Shown in pieces: positions 38,648 through 46,914 of a stretch of 64,000 nt of DNA; the stretch's first letter is position 1, and each line of letters starts with the position of its first letter. The notes under the pieces are model-generated. The model saw only the letters and a list, made by a program, of their open reading frames with translations, did no database searches and was not told where the DNA came from. The stretch comes from an uncultured Pseudomonadales bacterium. GTDB taxonomy: Bacteria > Patescibacteriota > Microgenomatia > UBA1400 > PJMF01. A program made the position numbers and the translations under genes. The stretch lies in contig CAZUHV010000002.1 of NCBI GenBank assembly GCA_964620965.1, positions 48,863 through 112,862 on the forward strand, in the 5' to 3' direction.

Positions 38648-39709
38648 ATGACTCGTCACCAAATCATTGTTTTACTTACAACAATTTTACTTACAGTCAT
38701 TGGTATTATTTTTGTATTTGAAAGTTCTATAGCGGAAAGCTTTAGAACTTTTGGCAACCAATACCATTATCTTGTGCAACACTTAATTGGGATCGGTTTT
38801 GGCACTGTTGCCTTCCTCATTGGACTATTTATTCCAACTAAATCTTGGATAAAATTTTCTCCTTTTTTGTATGCTTTTGGAATATTCCTCTTAATTCTAG
38901 TTTTTATACCAGGAATAGGTCTTTCACTAAACGGAGCTAAAAGGTGGATCTCGATTGCTGGCTTTGGATTTCAACCAGTAGAGTTTCTCAAGTTTGCACT
39001 AATCGCATTTTACTCTAGTTGGATGACCAAACACCAAAGATTTCTACCTTTTTTATTTTTAAGTGTTATTCCAACAATACTCATGATTTTACAACCAGAT
39101 CTTGGTTCACTCTTGCTATTACTTGCAATTTCCTGTGCCATGTATTTCGTTGCTGGAGGAGATATAAAGAAGCTTCTTGGATTAGCAGCAATAGGAATTC
39201 CATTAGTTATTATCGCGATTGTATCTTCTCCATATAGACTCAAACGTCTCACTACTTTTCTGAATCCAGATTCTGATCCATTAGGAGCAAGTTTTCATAT
39301 ACGACAAATTACTCTGGCGTTAGGAAGGGGAGGACTCACTGGACAAGGAGTTGGGGAATCTCAGCAAAAATATTCATATATTCCAGAAACAAGCACTGAC
39401 TCTATCTTTGCTATCATAGCCGAAGAAATCGGTTTCTTGGGATCATTAGGTATTATTTTTCTTTATGCACTATTCTTTTACCACTCTCACCAACTAATAT
39501 CTAAATCAGATCAATCAGAAGAAAGTAAACTACTTGGTTTTGGAATTATTATTTGGATTGGCTTACAAGTTATACTTAATTTGAGTGCGGTTGTTGGACT
39601 TATACCACTTAAAGGTATGCCACTCCCATTCATTTCATTCGGAAGATCGTCTTTAGTTATGATACTATTTGCTACAGGCATACTTATTAGAATTGGAAAA
39701 CAAAAATGA
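38648..39709 (+). CDS. ftsW: SEDS-family peptidoglycan glycosyltransferase FtsW
   Basis: LQPDLGS, SDSIFAIIAEEIGFLG motifs. Lies between mraY and murG. Confidence 0.8.
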   Translation: MTRHQIIVLLTTILLTVIGIIFVFESSIAESFRTFGNQYHYLVQHLIGIGFGTVAFLIGLFIPTKSWIKFSPFLYAFGIFLLILVFIPGIGLSLNGAKRWISIAGFGFQPVEFLKFALIAFYSSWMTKHQRFLPFLFLSVIPTILMILQPDLGSLLLLLAISCAMYFVAGGDIKKLLGLAAIGIPLVIIAIVSSPYRLKRLTTFLNPDSDPLGASFHIRQITLALGRGGLTGQGVGESQQKYSYIPETSTDSIFAIIAEEIGFLGSLGIIFLYALFFYHSHQLISKSDQSEESKLLGFGIIIWIGLQVILNLSAVVGLIPLKGMPLPFISFGRSSLVMILFATGILIRIGKQK

Positions 39710-40827
39710 AACTGCTACTATCCGGAGGACACCTTACACCTGCATTAGCCTTTATAGAATATATTCAATCTACATATCCTCAGGATTCAATTACTTTTTT
39801 GGGTAGGCTGTATAGTAAAAAAAATACAAAACAAATTTCTCAGGAAAAAGCTGAAACAGAAAAACTTGGAGTAAAATTTATACCATATAACTCTGTAAAA
39901 CTTTCTCAAAATACAGCTTTTGCCAAAATACAATCAATCCCGCTGTTATTTATAAAAACTTTACAAACCACTTTTATCCTTATTAAAGAAAAGCCAGACG
40001 TATTTGTCAGTTTTGGAGGTTATCTTGCCGTTCCAATTGCCCTAGCATGTTGGATTATGCGAATCCCAGTAGTCACACATGAGCAAACTAGATCTGCGGG
40101 AGTTGCAAATCTCATTATTTCCAAATTTGCAAATAAAATCGCAATTTCATATCCAGAAAGTCTGGAGTTTTTTCCAAAATCAAGAACAACTCTTACTGGA
40201 AATTTAATTAGACAATCAGTTTTAAAAAATTCTAAAAAAATGCCAACATGGATAAAAAAGAAACCAGTAAAACCAATACTATATATTACTGGAGGAAGTC
40301 AAGGTTCAGAGATAATTAACCAAACAATTTCACAAATCTTAAAGCCGCTGCTAAAAAATTGGTTTGTAATCCACCAATGCGGGAAGCCATCTGGAAAAAT
40401 GAATTACTTAAATGAACTTTCTCATATAAAAAACAAACTCTCTCAAGCAAACCAAGAAAACTATAAAATTAGAGAATGGATTACTCAAGAAGAATTGTCC
40501 TGGATTTACTCTAATGCAAAAGGAGTTATCTCTAGAGCAGGAGCAAACACTACTGAGGAAATTGCATTAAACCAGATTCCAGCAGTTTTAATTCCGCTAC
40601 CTTTTTCTCACAACGATGAACAACTAAAAAACGCTCAAGCTCTTAGTAATAATAAGCAAGCTATTCTTCTTGAACAAAAAAATTTGAACCCAGAAGTTTT
40701 ATTAGAAGCAACTGAACTGATTAAAAAATTTCATAGAAAATTTTCAAGAAACTTGCAAATGTTCTCAAAAACAGAACATTCTGAAGAAAAACTCTATAAG
40801 TTGGTGCAATCAGTTGTAAAAAATTGA
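39706..40827 (+). CDS. murG: UDP-GlcNAc:lipid I N-acetylglucosaminyltransferase
   Basis: MKLLLSGGHLTPALA...ITGGSQGSEIIN GT28 motifs. Confidence 0.8.
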   Translation: MKLLLSGGHLTPALAFIEYIQSTYPQDSITFLGRLYSKKNTKQISQEKAETEKLGVKFIPYNSVKLSQNTAFAKIQSIPLLFIKTLQTTFILIKEKPDVFVSFGGYLAVPIALACWIMRIPVVTHEQTRSAGVANLIISKFANKIAISYPESLEFFPKSRTTLTGNLIRQSVLKNSKKMPTWIKKKPVKPILYITGGSQGSEIINQTISQILKPLLKNWFVIHQCGKPSGKMNYLNELSHIKNKLSQANQENYKIREWITQEELSWIYSNAKGVISRAGANTTEEIALNQIPAVLIPLPFSHNDEQLKNAQALSNNKQAILLEQKNLNPEVLLEATELIKKFHRKFSRNLQMFSKTEHSEEKLYKLVQSVVKN

Positions 40828-41510
40828 TGAAACAAAATATAGTTCTCATACCAATCTTACTTATTTTTATAGTTTTATTTTTACTTTTCAATAGAATTAC
40901 TAAAATTGAATGTTATCTTGAAGGTAGTAACTGTCCCGATGAATTACTCCAAGACCTCAAACAACTAGATGGAACCTCATTTTTTTTCGCAAATATTGAA
41001 AAAAAATACTCTGAAAATCAAACTATTGATTCTATTTATATTCTTGAGTCAACAAAAAAGAAATTTTTAAGCACACTTGTTTTGAATTTTAAGCAAGAAA
41101 AAATTGAGTATGAACTTATTATTGATAACACCAGTTATTATTTAGGAAATTCTGGGAAAATAATCCCAAAAAAAGATCAAAACATAAAAACTATAATACA
41201 ATGGGCTATGGAAGAACAAATCTTAGAAAATTCTCTCGTTAATCCAAATGTACATACTAAAGCATTGGAAATTGCTCATACAATAGAGCAACTAAAAATA
41301 GAAAAGGCTACATTGTACTGGAATTCAAACTCCGAAATTATTTTAGAAATTCCAGATAAACCAAAATTTATTTTTGATTCAGAAACAATACAGACGCAAA
41401 TCAAAAAAGTTGATACAATTGTACATGCAAAAGAATTAGAAGAAATTGAAGCACCAATTCTAGAGATTGATATGCGATTTGATTTACCTGTACTTCGCAC
41501 AGCTCAATAA
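40824..41510 (+). CDS. ftsQ: FtsQ/DivIB-like bitopic division protein (by position)
   Basis: N-terminal TM helix plus an extracytoplasmic domain, immediately upstream of ftsA. Sequence is divergent. Confidence 0.45.
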   Translation: MMKQNIVLIPILLIFIVLFLLFNRITKIECYLEGSNCPDELLQDLKQLDGTSFFFANIEKKYSENQTIDSIYILESTKKKFLSTLVLNFKQEKIEYELIIDNTSYYLGNSGKIIPKKDQNIKTIIQWAMEEQILENSLVNPNVHTKALEIAHTIEQLKIEKATLYWNSNSEIILEIPDKPKFIFDSETIQTQIKKVDTIVHAKELEEIEAPILEIDMRFDLPVLRTAQ

Positions 41511-41535
41511 ATTTGTTATTCTATATACACAAACT

Positions 41536-42843
41536 ATGACAAGAAATAGAATTATTACAGCAATTGATGTTGGCACAGACAAATGTGTTACCTTAATTGC
41601 TTCTATTGAGGAAGATACTAGCCTTCGAGTTATGGGGGTTTCTGCAGTTCATTCTAGAGGAATGAAACGTAGTCAAATAATTGATCTAGAAAAAGTTCTT
41701 GAAACAATCACTGAAAGTCTTGATGCAGCAGAACGTATGGCAGGCATTGAAGTTAAAAATGCATTCGTTTCAATCTCTGGCACTCATGTCTCATCACAAA
41801 ACTCAAAAGGAGTTGTTGCAGTAGCATCTCCAAATAAAGAAATAAATCCAGATGACGTTGAACGAGTTATTGATGCAGCAAAAGCAATTTCCCTTTCTTC
41901 TGAAAGAGAAATCATTCATGTTGTTCCTAAAGACTTCAAAGTTGACTCCCAAGAAGGTATTAAAGATCCTGTTGGCATGACTGGAGTTAGACTAGAATCC
42001 GAAGCTCACATAATTACTGGACTTAGTACTGCTCTTAAAAACATGGAAAAATGTATCCTTGATTTAGGTGTTCAAGTTGATGGGTTTATTTTTTCTGGAT
42101 TGGCATCTTCGTCAGTTGTGCTATCAGAAACAGAAAAGGAACTTGGCGTTGCAGTCGTTGATATTGGAGCTGGTTCAACTTCTTTGTGTGTATATGTTGA
42201 TGGATCCCTAGAATACTCAGCCTCTTTGCCTGTTGGTGCAAGACACATTACTCAAGATATTGCACTTGGCTGTAAAGTCAGCCTAGATAGTGCCGAAAAA
42301 ATTAAAATTGCACTTTCAAAAGAGGCTTTTAAACCACTTACACCAATTTCTGGAGAATCTAAACAAGATTTCACAAAGCGTAAAGCAAAAGCAGACCAGC
42401 TAAAATTATCTGACTTTGATTCTTCAATTACCTCAGATGAAAGTTTTTCTAAACAAGAAATTGTACAAAGAATTATGCTTCCAAGAATGCAAGAAATATT
42501 TGCTCTAGTAGGGGAAAGATTAAAATCTGAAAATCTGCTTCCTCTCATTCCTGCTGGTGTGGTTATAACTGGAGGAGGGGCTCAAACTACAAAAATTGCA
42601 GAAATTGCAAAAAGAGAGCTCAATCTCTCTGCAAGAGTCGGAAACCCTATAGAATTAAAAGGACTTACAAATGATATTACAAAACCAGAATTTGCTACAA
42701 GTATTGGCTTGCTGTATCTTGGTAAAAAAGAGGGAGGCACCGTACAAACAAGTAGCTTTGATCTTGGATCATTCTTTAAAGGTTTTTCATTGGGTTCTAT
42801 ACCAAGTAAATTAGGGAAATTATTCAAATCTTTAATGCCTTAA
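41536..42843 (+). CDS. ftsA: cell division protein FtsA
   Basis: From the ATG at 41536. RIITAIDVGTDKCVTLIA, VVDIGAGSTSLCVY actin-like ATPase motifs. Confidence 0.85.
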   Translation: MTRNRIITAIDVGTDKCVTLIASIEEDTSLRVMGVSAVHSRGMKRSQIIDLEKVLETITESLDAAERMAGIEVKNAFVSISGTHVSSQNSKGVVAVASPNKEINPDDVERVIDAAKAISLSSEREIIHVVPKDFKVDSQEGIKDPVGMTGVRLESEAHIITGLSTALKNMEKCILDLGVQVDGFIFSGLASSSVVLSETEKELGVAVVDIGAGSTSLCVYVDGSLEYSASLPVGARHITQDIALGCKVSLDSAEKIKIALSKEAFKPLTPISGESKQDFTKRKAKADQLKLSDFDSSITSDESFSKQEIVQRIMLPRMQEIFALVGERLKSENLLPLIPAGVVITGGGAQTTKIAEIAKRELNLSARVGNPIELKGLTNDITKPEFATSIGLLYLGKKEGGTVQTSSFDLGSFFKGFSLGSIPSKLGKLFKSLMP

Positions 42844-42981
42844 ATTTGCCCTTGCTGATTAGAGCAATTTAATGATACACTTTGTTCCAAAAGCATTGCA
42901 TATGCACGTTTTAGACTTGCTGTGTAAAATAAAAAACACACAAACAATGTCAAAAGTAATAGTTTAATCTGAAATACAAAT

Positions 42982-44340
42982 ATGGCACTTGTCAAACCTA
43001 ACAACACAACTTTCGCGAAAATTAAAGTTATTGGAGCTGGTGGAGGAGGTGGAAACGCTGTTAATTCCATGATTGAATCAAATCAAATTAATGGTGTTGA
43101 GTTCATTGCTGTAAATACAGATGCCCAAGCGTTACTTACCTCAAAAGCAGATACTAAGCTTCAAATTGGGAGTAACTTTACAAAAGGATTAGGCTCCGGT
43201 GCAGATCCAGAGGTTGGAAGAACCGCTGCAGAAGAATCCTATGACAAACTTAAGGAATTACTTTTTGATACCGACATGGTTTTCATTACTGCGGGTATGG
43301 GAGGGGGAACTGGAACTGGTGCTTCTCCTGTAATTGCCGAAATAGCAAGAGAAGCAGGAGCTTTAACCGTCGCTGTTGTTACAAAACCTTTTGCATTTGA
43401 GGGTAAGAAAAGAATGCTTACCGCAGAAGAAGGGATTTCAAACCTCAAAGATGCAGTTGATACTTTGATTGTTATTCCTAACCAAAGACTCATGGATGTT
43501 GTTGATAAAAAATTAAGTTTTCTTGACGCTTTTAAGTTAGCAGATAATGTATTAGGACAAGGTGTACAAGGCATTTCAGACTTGATCACTGTTCCAGGTT
43601 TGATTAACGTTGACTTTGCAGACGTTAAAACAATTATGTCTGAATCAGGCACGGCACTGATGGGTATTGGTGAAGCTTCTGGAGAAAACCGCGCTGTTAC
43701 AGCCGCAAGAACTGCAATTTCTTCTCCACTCTTGGAAGTATCTATAGATGGAGCAAAGGGTATTCTTTATAACGTTATTGCAGGACCAGATGTTTCCATG
43801 AGTGAAATTTCTGACGCTTCTACAATCATCGCAAATGCTGCTGATCCAGATGCAAACATTATTTTTGGTGCAACAATAGATGAAAACATGGGTAATAAAA
43901 TCAAGATTAGTGTTATTGCAACTGGTTTTGATAATAATGGCTTGTCAATTCCAAATAATAAACCACTTTTTGGAGCATATGGTAGAGATTCAAGAGCAAG
44001 AATCCAACAACAAGAGCAAACTCCTCCAGAACCACAAACTCCAAAGTTTGACAGAGCTCCATCTGGTTTTACCCAACCCCTCACAACTCAACAAATGACT
44101 GCAACTAAAAATGACCCCGTACAACCATTTGTAAAATCTCAAGCATTTGGTGACTCTGTACGAAGTGGCTTTAAAGCAATTAACCCTCTGAAAACTGATC
44201 CATCTGATGACACTGAAGAAACAGCACAAGAAAACTTTGATGAAGAAGAACCACCACAAGAAAATAAGAAAAAGTCATTACTTGGTGCTTTTGAAGATGA
44301 ATTTGAAATTCCTGCCTTTTTAAGACGTAAAAAGCAATAA
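42982..44340 (+). CDS. ftsZ: cell division protein FtsZ
   Basis: [17 protein letters not shown] and [16 protein letters not shown] tubulin signature. An acidic/Pro-rich linker and C-terminal EIPAFLRRK peptide. Confidence 0.9.
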   Translation: MALVKPNNTTFAKIKVIGAGGGGGNAVNSMIESNQINGVEFIAVNTDAQALLTSKADTKLQIGSNFTKGLGSGADPEVGRTAAEESYDKLKELLFDTDMVFITAGMGGGTGTGASPVIAEIAREAGALTVAVVTKPFAFEGKKRMLTAEEGISNLKDAVDTLIVIPNQRLMDVVDKKLSFLDAFKLADNVLGQGVQGISDLITVPGLINVDFADVKTIMSESGTALMGIGEASGENRAVTAARTAISSPLLEVSIDGAKGILYNVIAGPDVSMSEISDASTIIANAADPDANIIFGATIDENMGNKIKISVIATGFDNNGLSIPNNKPLFGAYGRDSRARIQQQEQTPPEPQTPKFDRAPSGFTQPLTTQQMTATKNDPVQPFVKSQAFGDSVRSGFKAINPLKTDPSDDTEETAQENFDEEEPPQENKKKSLLGAFEDEFEIPAFLRRKKQ

Positions 44341-44352
44341 AAAGGAATATTC

Positions 44353-44787
44353 ATGAAAACCGTTGCAGCAGCTTCAGAAACTGAAGTGTCTTATTTAAGA
44401 TTTACCGAAGGATTTGACCCAAAGAAAAGATATAAAACTGAAGTTAGACAAGCAATTATTGCAAGAAAACGGCCTGCAAAACGCGTACTGGAATCTTGCA
44501 TACAAGTTGCCCAAAAAATTCCTGGAGCAAAACTGAGATTTACAAAAAATGATAATCCTTATTTTATAATCACACTTGCACAAGCAGATGGAACTGTAGT
44601 TGATGCATCAATAATGCCATTTTTAAAACCAGTAACAGATGAGAGTGGGGAACCTAAAAAAAAGCGTAATCGAATAGTACAACACTTGCAAGTATGCTTG
44701 CGTTGGCCATTTGGAGATACTAATACAGCTCAACAAACACTTTACTTTGATAACGTAAATCAATGTATTAACTATCTTTCTCAGTAA
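44353..44787 (+). CDS. hypothetical protein downstream of ftsZ
   Basis: 144-aa ORF, basic, no recognisable domain. Not SepF-like. Confidence 0.45.
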   Translation: MKTVAAASETEVSYLRFTEGFDPKKRYKTEVRQAIIARKRPAKRVLESCIQVAQKIPGAKLRFTKNDNPYFIITLAQADGTVVDASIMPFLKPVTDESGEPKKKRNRIVQHLQVCLRWPFGDTNTAQQTLYFDNVNQCINYLSQ

Positions 44788-44821
44788 AAAAATAAACTCC
44801 CATATACTATATACTAATCCT

Positions 44822-45730
44822 ATGAATCAATACTTTGACTATTTTAATAATTATGAAAAGCTAGTTGCTGAAGCTGCTCATTATATACGCATTATTCTAG
44901 AAAAAAATAAATTAGAAACCCCCCAGTTTGCTATCACACTTGGCTCTGGACTAGGTGAGCTTGCTCACCAAATCGAAAACCCTATCACAATTTCATATTC
45001 AGATATTCCAAACTTTCCAACAACTACTGTACCTGGACACGAGGGAGTACTGATCATAGGAAACTTAGCTGGAGTTCCAGTCATTGGATTAAAAGGTCGA
45101 AAACATTTCTATGAAGTTGCTCATGAACCTTTTAACTGTGGTGTTCTAAAAGCAACATTTGCTGTGCAAGTTATGGCAGATTTAGGAATTAAAAATTATT
45201 TCGTAACAAATGCAGCTGGGGGATTAAATCAAAATTATAAAGTTGGTGACGTAATGATACTAAAATCCCACATTAATTTTATTCCAAACGTTCTCTTAGG
45301 CCCAACCCGAAATTTTAGGAGAGTTGATACACAATCTAGTGTTTGGCAATTTCAACCAATGAATGAGGCATATAATCTTGAATATAGAAAAATTTTAAAA
45401 GAAGCTGGATCGGAATTTGCTGAATCGATTCATGAGGGAATCTATCTTGCCGTTACTGGGCCAACTTATGAAACAGAGGGGGAATGTCTAGCTTTTAGAG
45501 ATGGTCTTGGAGCCGATGCAGTTGGAATGTCAACAAGTCCAGAAGTGATTGTAGCAAGAAATAGAGGGATGAATGTAGTCGGTTTTTCCTGCATTACAAA
45601 TACAATTACAAAAGATGGAGTCAATGCAACCAACCATGAAGAAGTTAAAGAAATTCTAGACTCAGAAAAAGTCAAAAGACGTTTAACAAACATTGTGGTA
45701 AAATTTTTTAAGGAAATAAAAAAACAATAG
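44822..45730 (+). CDS. purine nucleoside phosphorylase (PNP/MTAP family I)
   Basis: ITLGSGLGELA...VPGHEGVLIIGNLAGVPVIGLKGRKHFYE and AVGMSTSPEVIVAR motifs of trimeric PNP/MTAP. Confidence 0.75.
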   Translation: MNQYFDYFNNYEKLVAEAAHYIRIILEKNKLETPQFAITLGSGLGELAHQIENPITISYSDIPNFPTTTVPGHEGVLIIGNLAGVPVIGLKGRKHFYEVAHEPFNCGVLKATFAVQVMADLGIKNYFVTNAAGGLNQNYKVGDVMILKSHINFIPNVLLGPTRNFRRVDTQSSVWQFQPMNEAYNLEYRKILKEAGSEFAESIHEGIYLAVTGPTYETEGECLAFRDGLGADAVGMSTSPEVIVARNRGMNVVGFSCITNTITKDGVNATNHEEVKEILDSEKVKRRLTNIVVKFFKEIKKQ

Positions 45731-45731
45731 C

Positions 45732-45802
45732 GTGGGCATGGTTCAGTGGTAGAACGCTTGCTTCCCAAGCAAGAGACGAGAGTTCGATTCTCTTTGCCCG
45801 CT
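45732..45802 (+). tRNA. tRNA-Gly (anticodon CCC)
   Basis: Manual fold. Acceptor GTGGGCA/TGCCCGC (one G-U), D arm GTTC-AGTGGTA-GAAC, anticodon arm CTTGC-TTCCCAA-GCAAG, T arm GAGAG-TTCGATT-CTCTT, discriminator T. No encoded CCA. Confidence 0.8.
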
Positions 45803-45817
45803 CATTTTTAAATAAAC

Positions 45818-46486
45818 CTATTTTTCAAAAAATTTGAAAAACATTTTTATACATTTTTTAAGAATATTTTTACTTTTTTGATGTTTATAAATAAAATAAA
45901 CAATTGTACCTATAAGCAATAAGTAACCAAGATTCTCTATAATTGGATAACCTTCTCTGAATTTTTCAAGGTAGTTTAAACTTAAAACTCCTGCATAAAT
46001 ATAAACTAAGTTCTTTATAAGTGTGCCAGTAAAGGTTGACCAAATATAAGTTTTCAAATTTAGCTTTATAATTCCACAAAAAATTGATATTGGTGCATTT
46101 GGAAACAAGGGAACTGCCCTTAGTATAAAAAGTAAAATATCATCTCTTCTTGTATTGTTAAAATGCTTACCTATACCTTCTGTATCTTTATGAGATATCT
46201 TCAATATCTTTCCAAATTTGTTAATGAAAAAATCTTCTACTTTATCGCTGAATATATAAAGTACTAGACTAGCTAACGTTTTTACTGTGGATGCCAAAGC
46301 TGCAATAAACACAGCATAGAAAAAACCCTGCCCGCTTACCTGAATCATTGTCCCCGCTGAGGTCATTACTAGGGGAGATGGAATTGGAGCAACAATTTCT
46401 TCTAAGAAAGATCCTACTATAACAAAAAGAGGTAAAGGGATCAAACCTGATAGATTTTCAATCCATTGAATAAGTGACTCAATCAT
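45818..46486 (-). CDS. DedA/VTT (SNARE-associated, TVP38) family membrane protein
   Basis: FLEEIVAPIPSPLVM...G conserved DedA motif. 4-5 TM. Confidence 0.7.
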   Translation of the reverse strand: MIESLIQWIENLSGLIPLPLFVIVGSFLEEIVAPIPSPLVMTSAGTMIQVSGQGFFYAVFIAALASTVKTLASLVLYIFSDKVEDFFINKFGKILKISHKDTEGIGKHFNNTRRDDILLFILRAVPLFPNAPISIFCGIIKLNLKTYIWSTFTGTLIKNLVYIYAGVLSLNYLEKFREGYPIIENLGYLLLIGTIVYFIYKHQKSKNILKKCIKMFFKFFEK

Positions 46487-46579
46487 TCACCTATTATATT
46501 ATTTAAAAAATAGCTAAGAAACAAGCAAAAAATAACACATATAGAAGGTAATATAAAAGCTATGATATAATACTTTTTG

Positions 46580-46870
46580 TAAAAATCTAAAGAAAGCCGT
46601 TAACAGTTCTGCCAACTTGGACATCACAGAACGAGGCGAGAGAAGAACATTTATTTTTTGCAGAGATGCAAATTAAATTAGTAGATCTTTCCGGGTAAGC
46701 CCGTAAAAGCTGGAAATAAGAAGTTTGGTTATCAGGAATTGGTTTTACCCTGTTCACTCCAAACAAAAGAGGTGGTACCGCCACAATCTAAATAAAATTA
46801 GAAGGCCCTCTTGTGATTAGTGAAAACGTGCATTCGCGCAAAAAAACACTAATTACAAGAGGGCTTTTTG
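46580..46870 (+). promoter_or_regulatory. T-box riboswitch leader upstream of ileS
   Basis: Extended -10 TGATATAAT at about 46563-46571. Stem-I AGAGA/GA motif (aggcgagagaag). T-box sequence AAAGAGGTGGTACCGCC at 46765-46782. 18-bp terminator hairpin GCCCTCTTGTgATTAGTG / CACTAATTACAAGAGGGC plus T5 at about 46805-46868. Confidence 0.65.
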
Positions 46871-46914
46871 TGTTAAAAAGCAAACATAATATACGAAAAC
46901 CAACAAAGGATCTT

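Noticed and set aside
44353-44787. SepF/ZapA-type FtsZ partner for the gene after ftsZ
   Set aside because: No SepF-like C-terminal domain or ZapA coiled coil is recognisable. Left as hypothetical.
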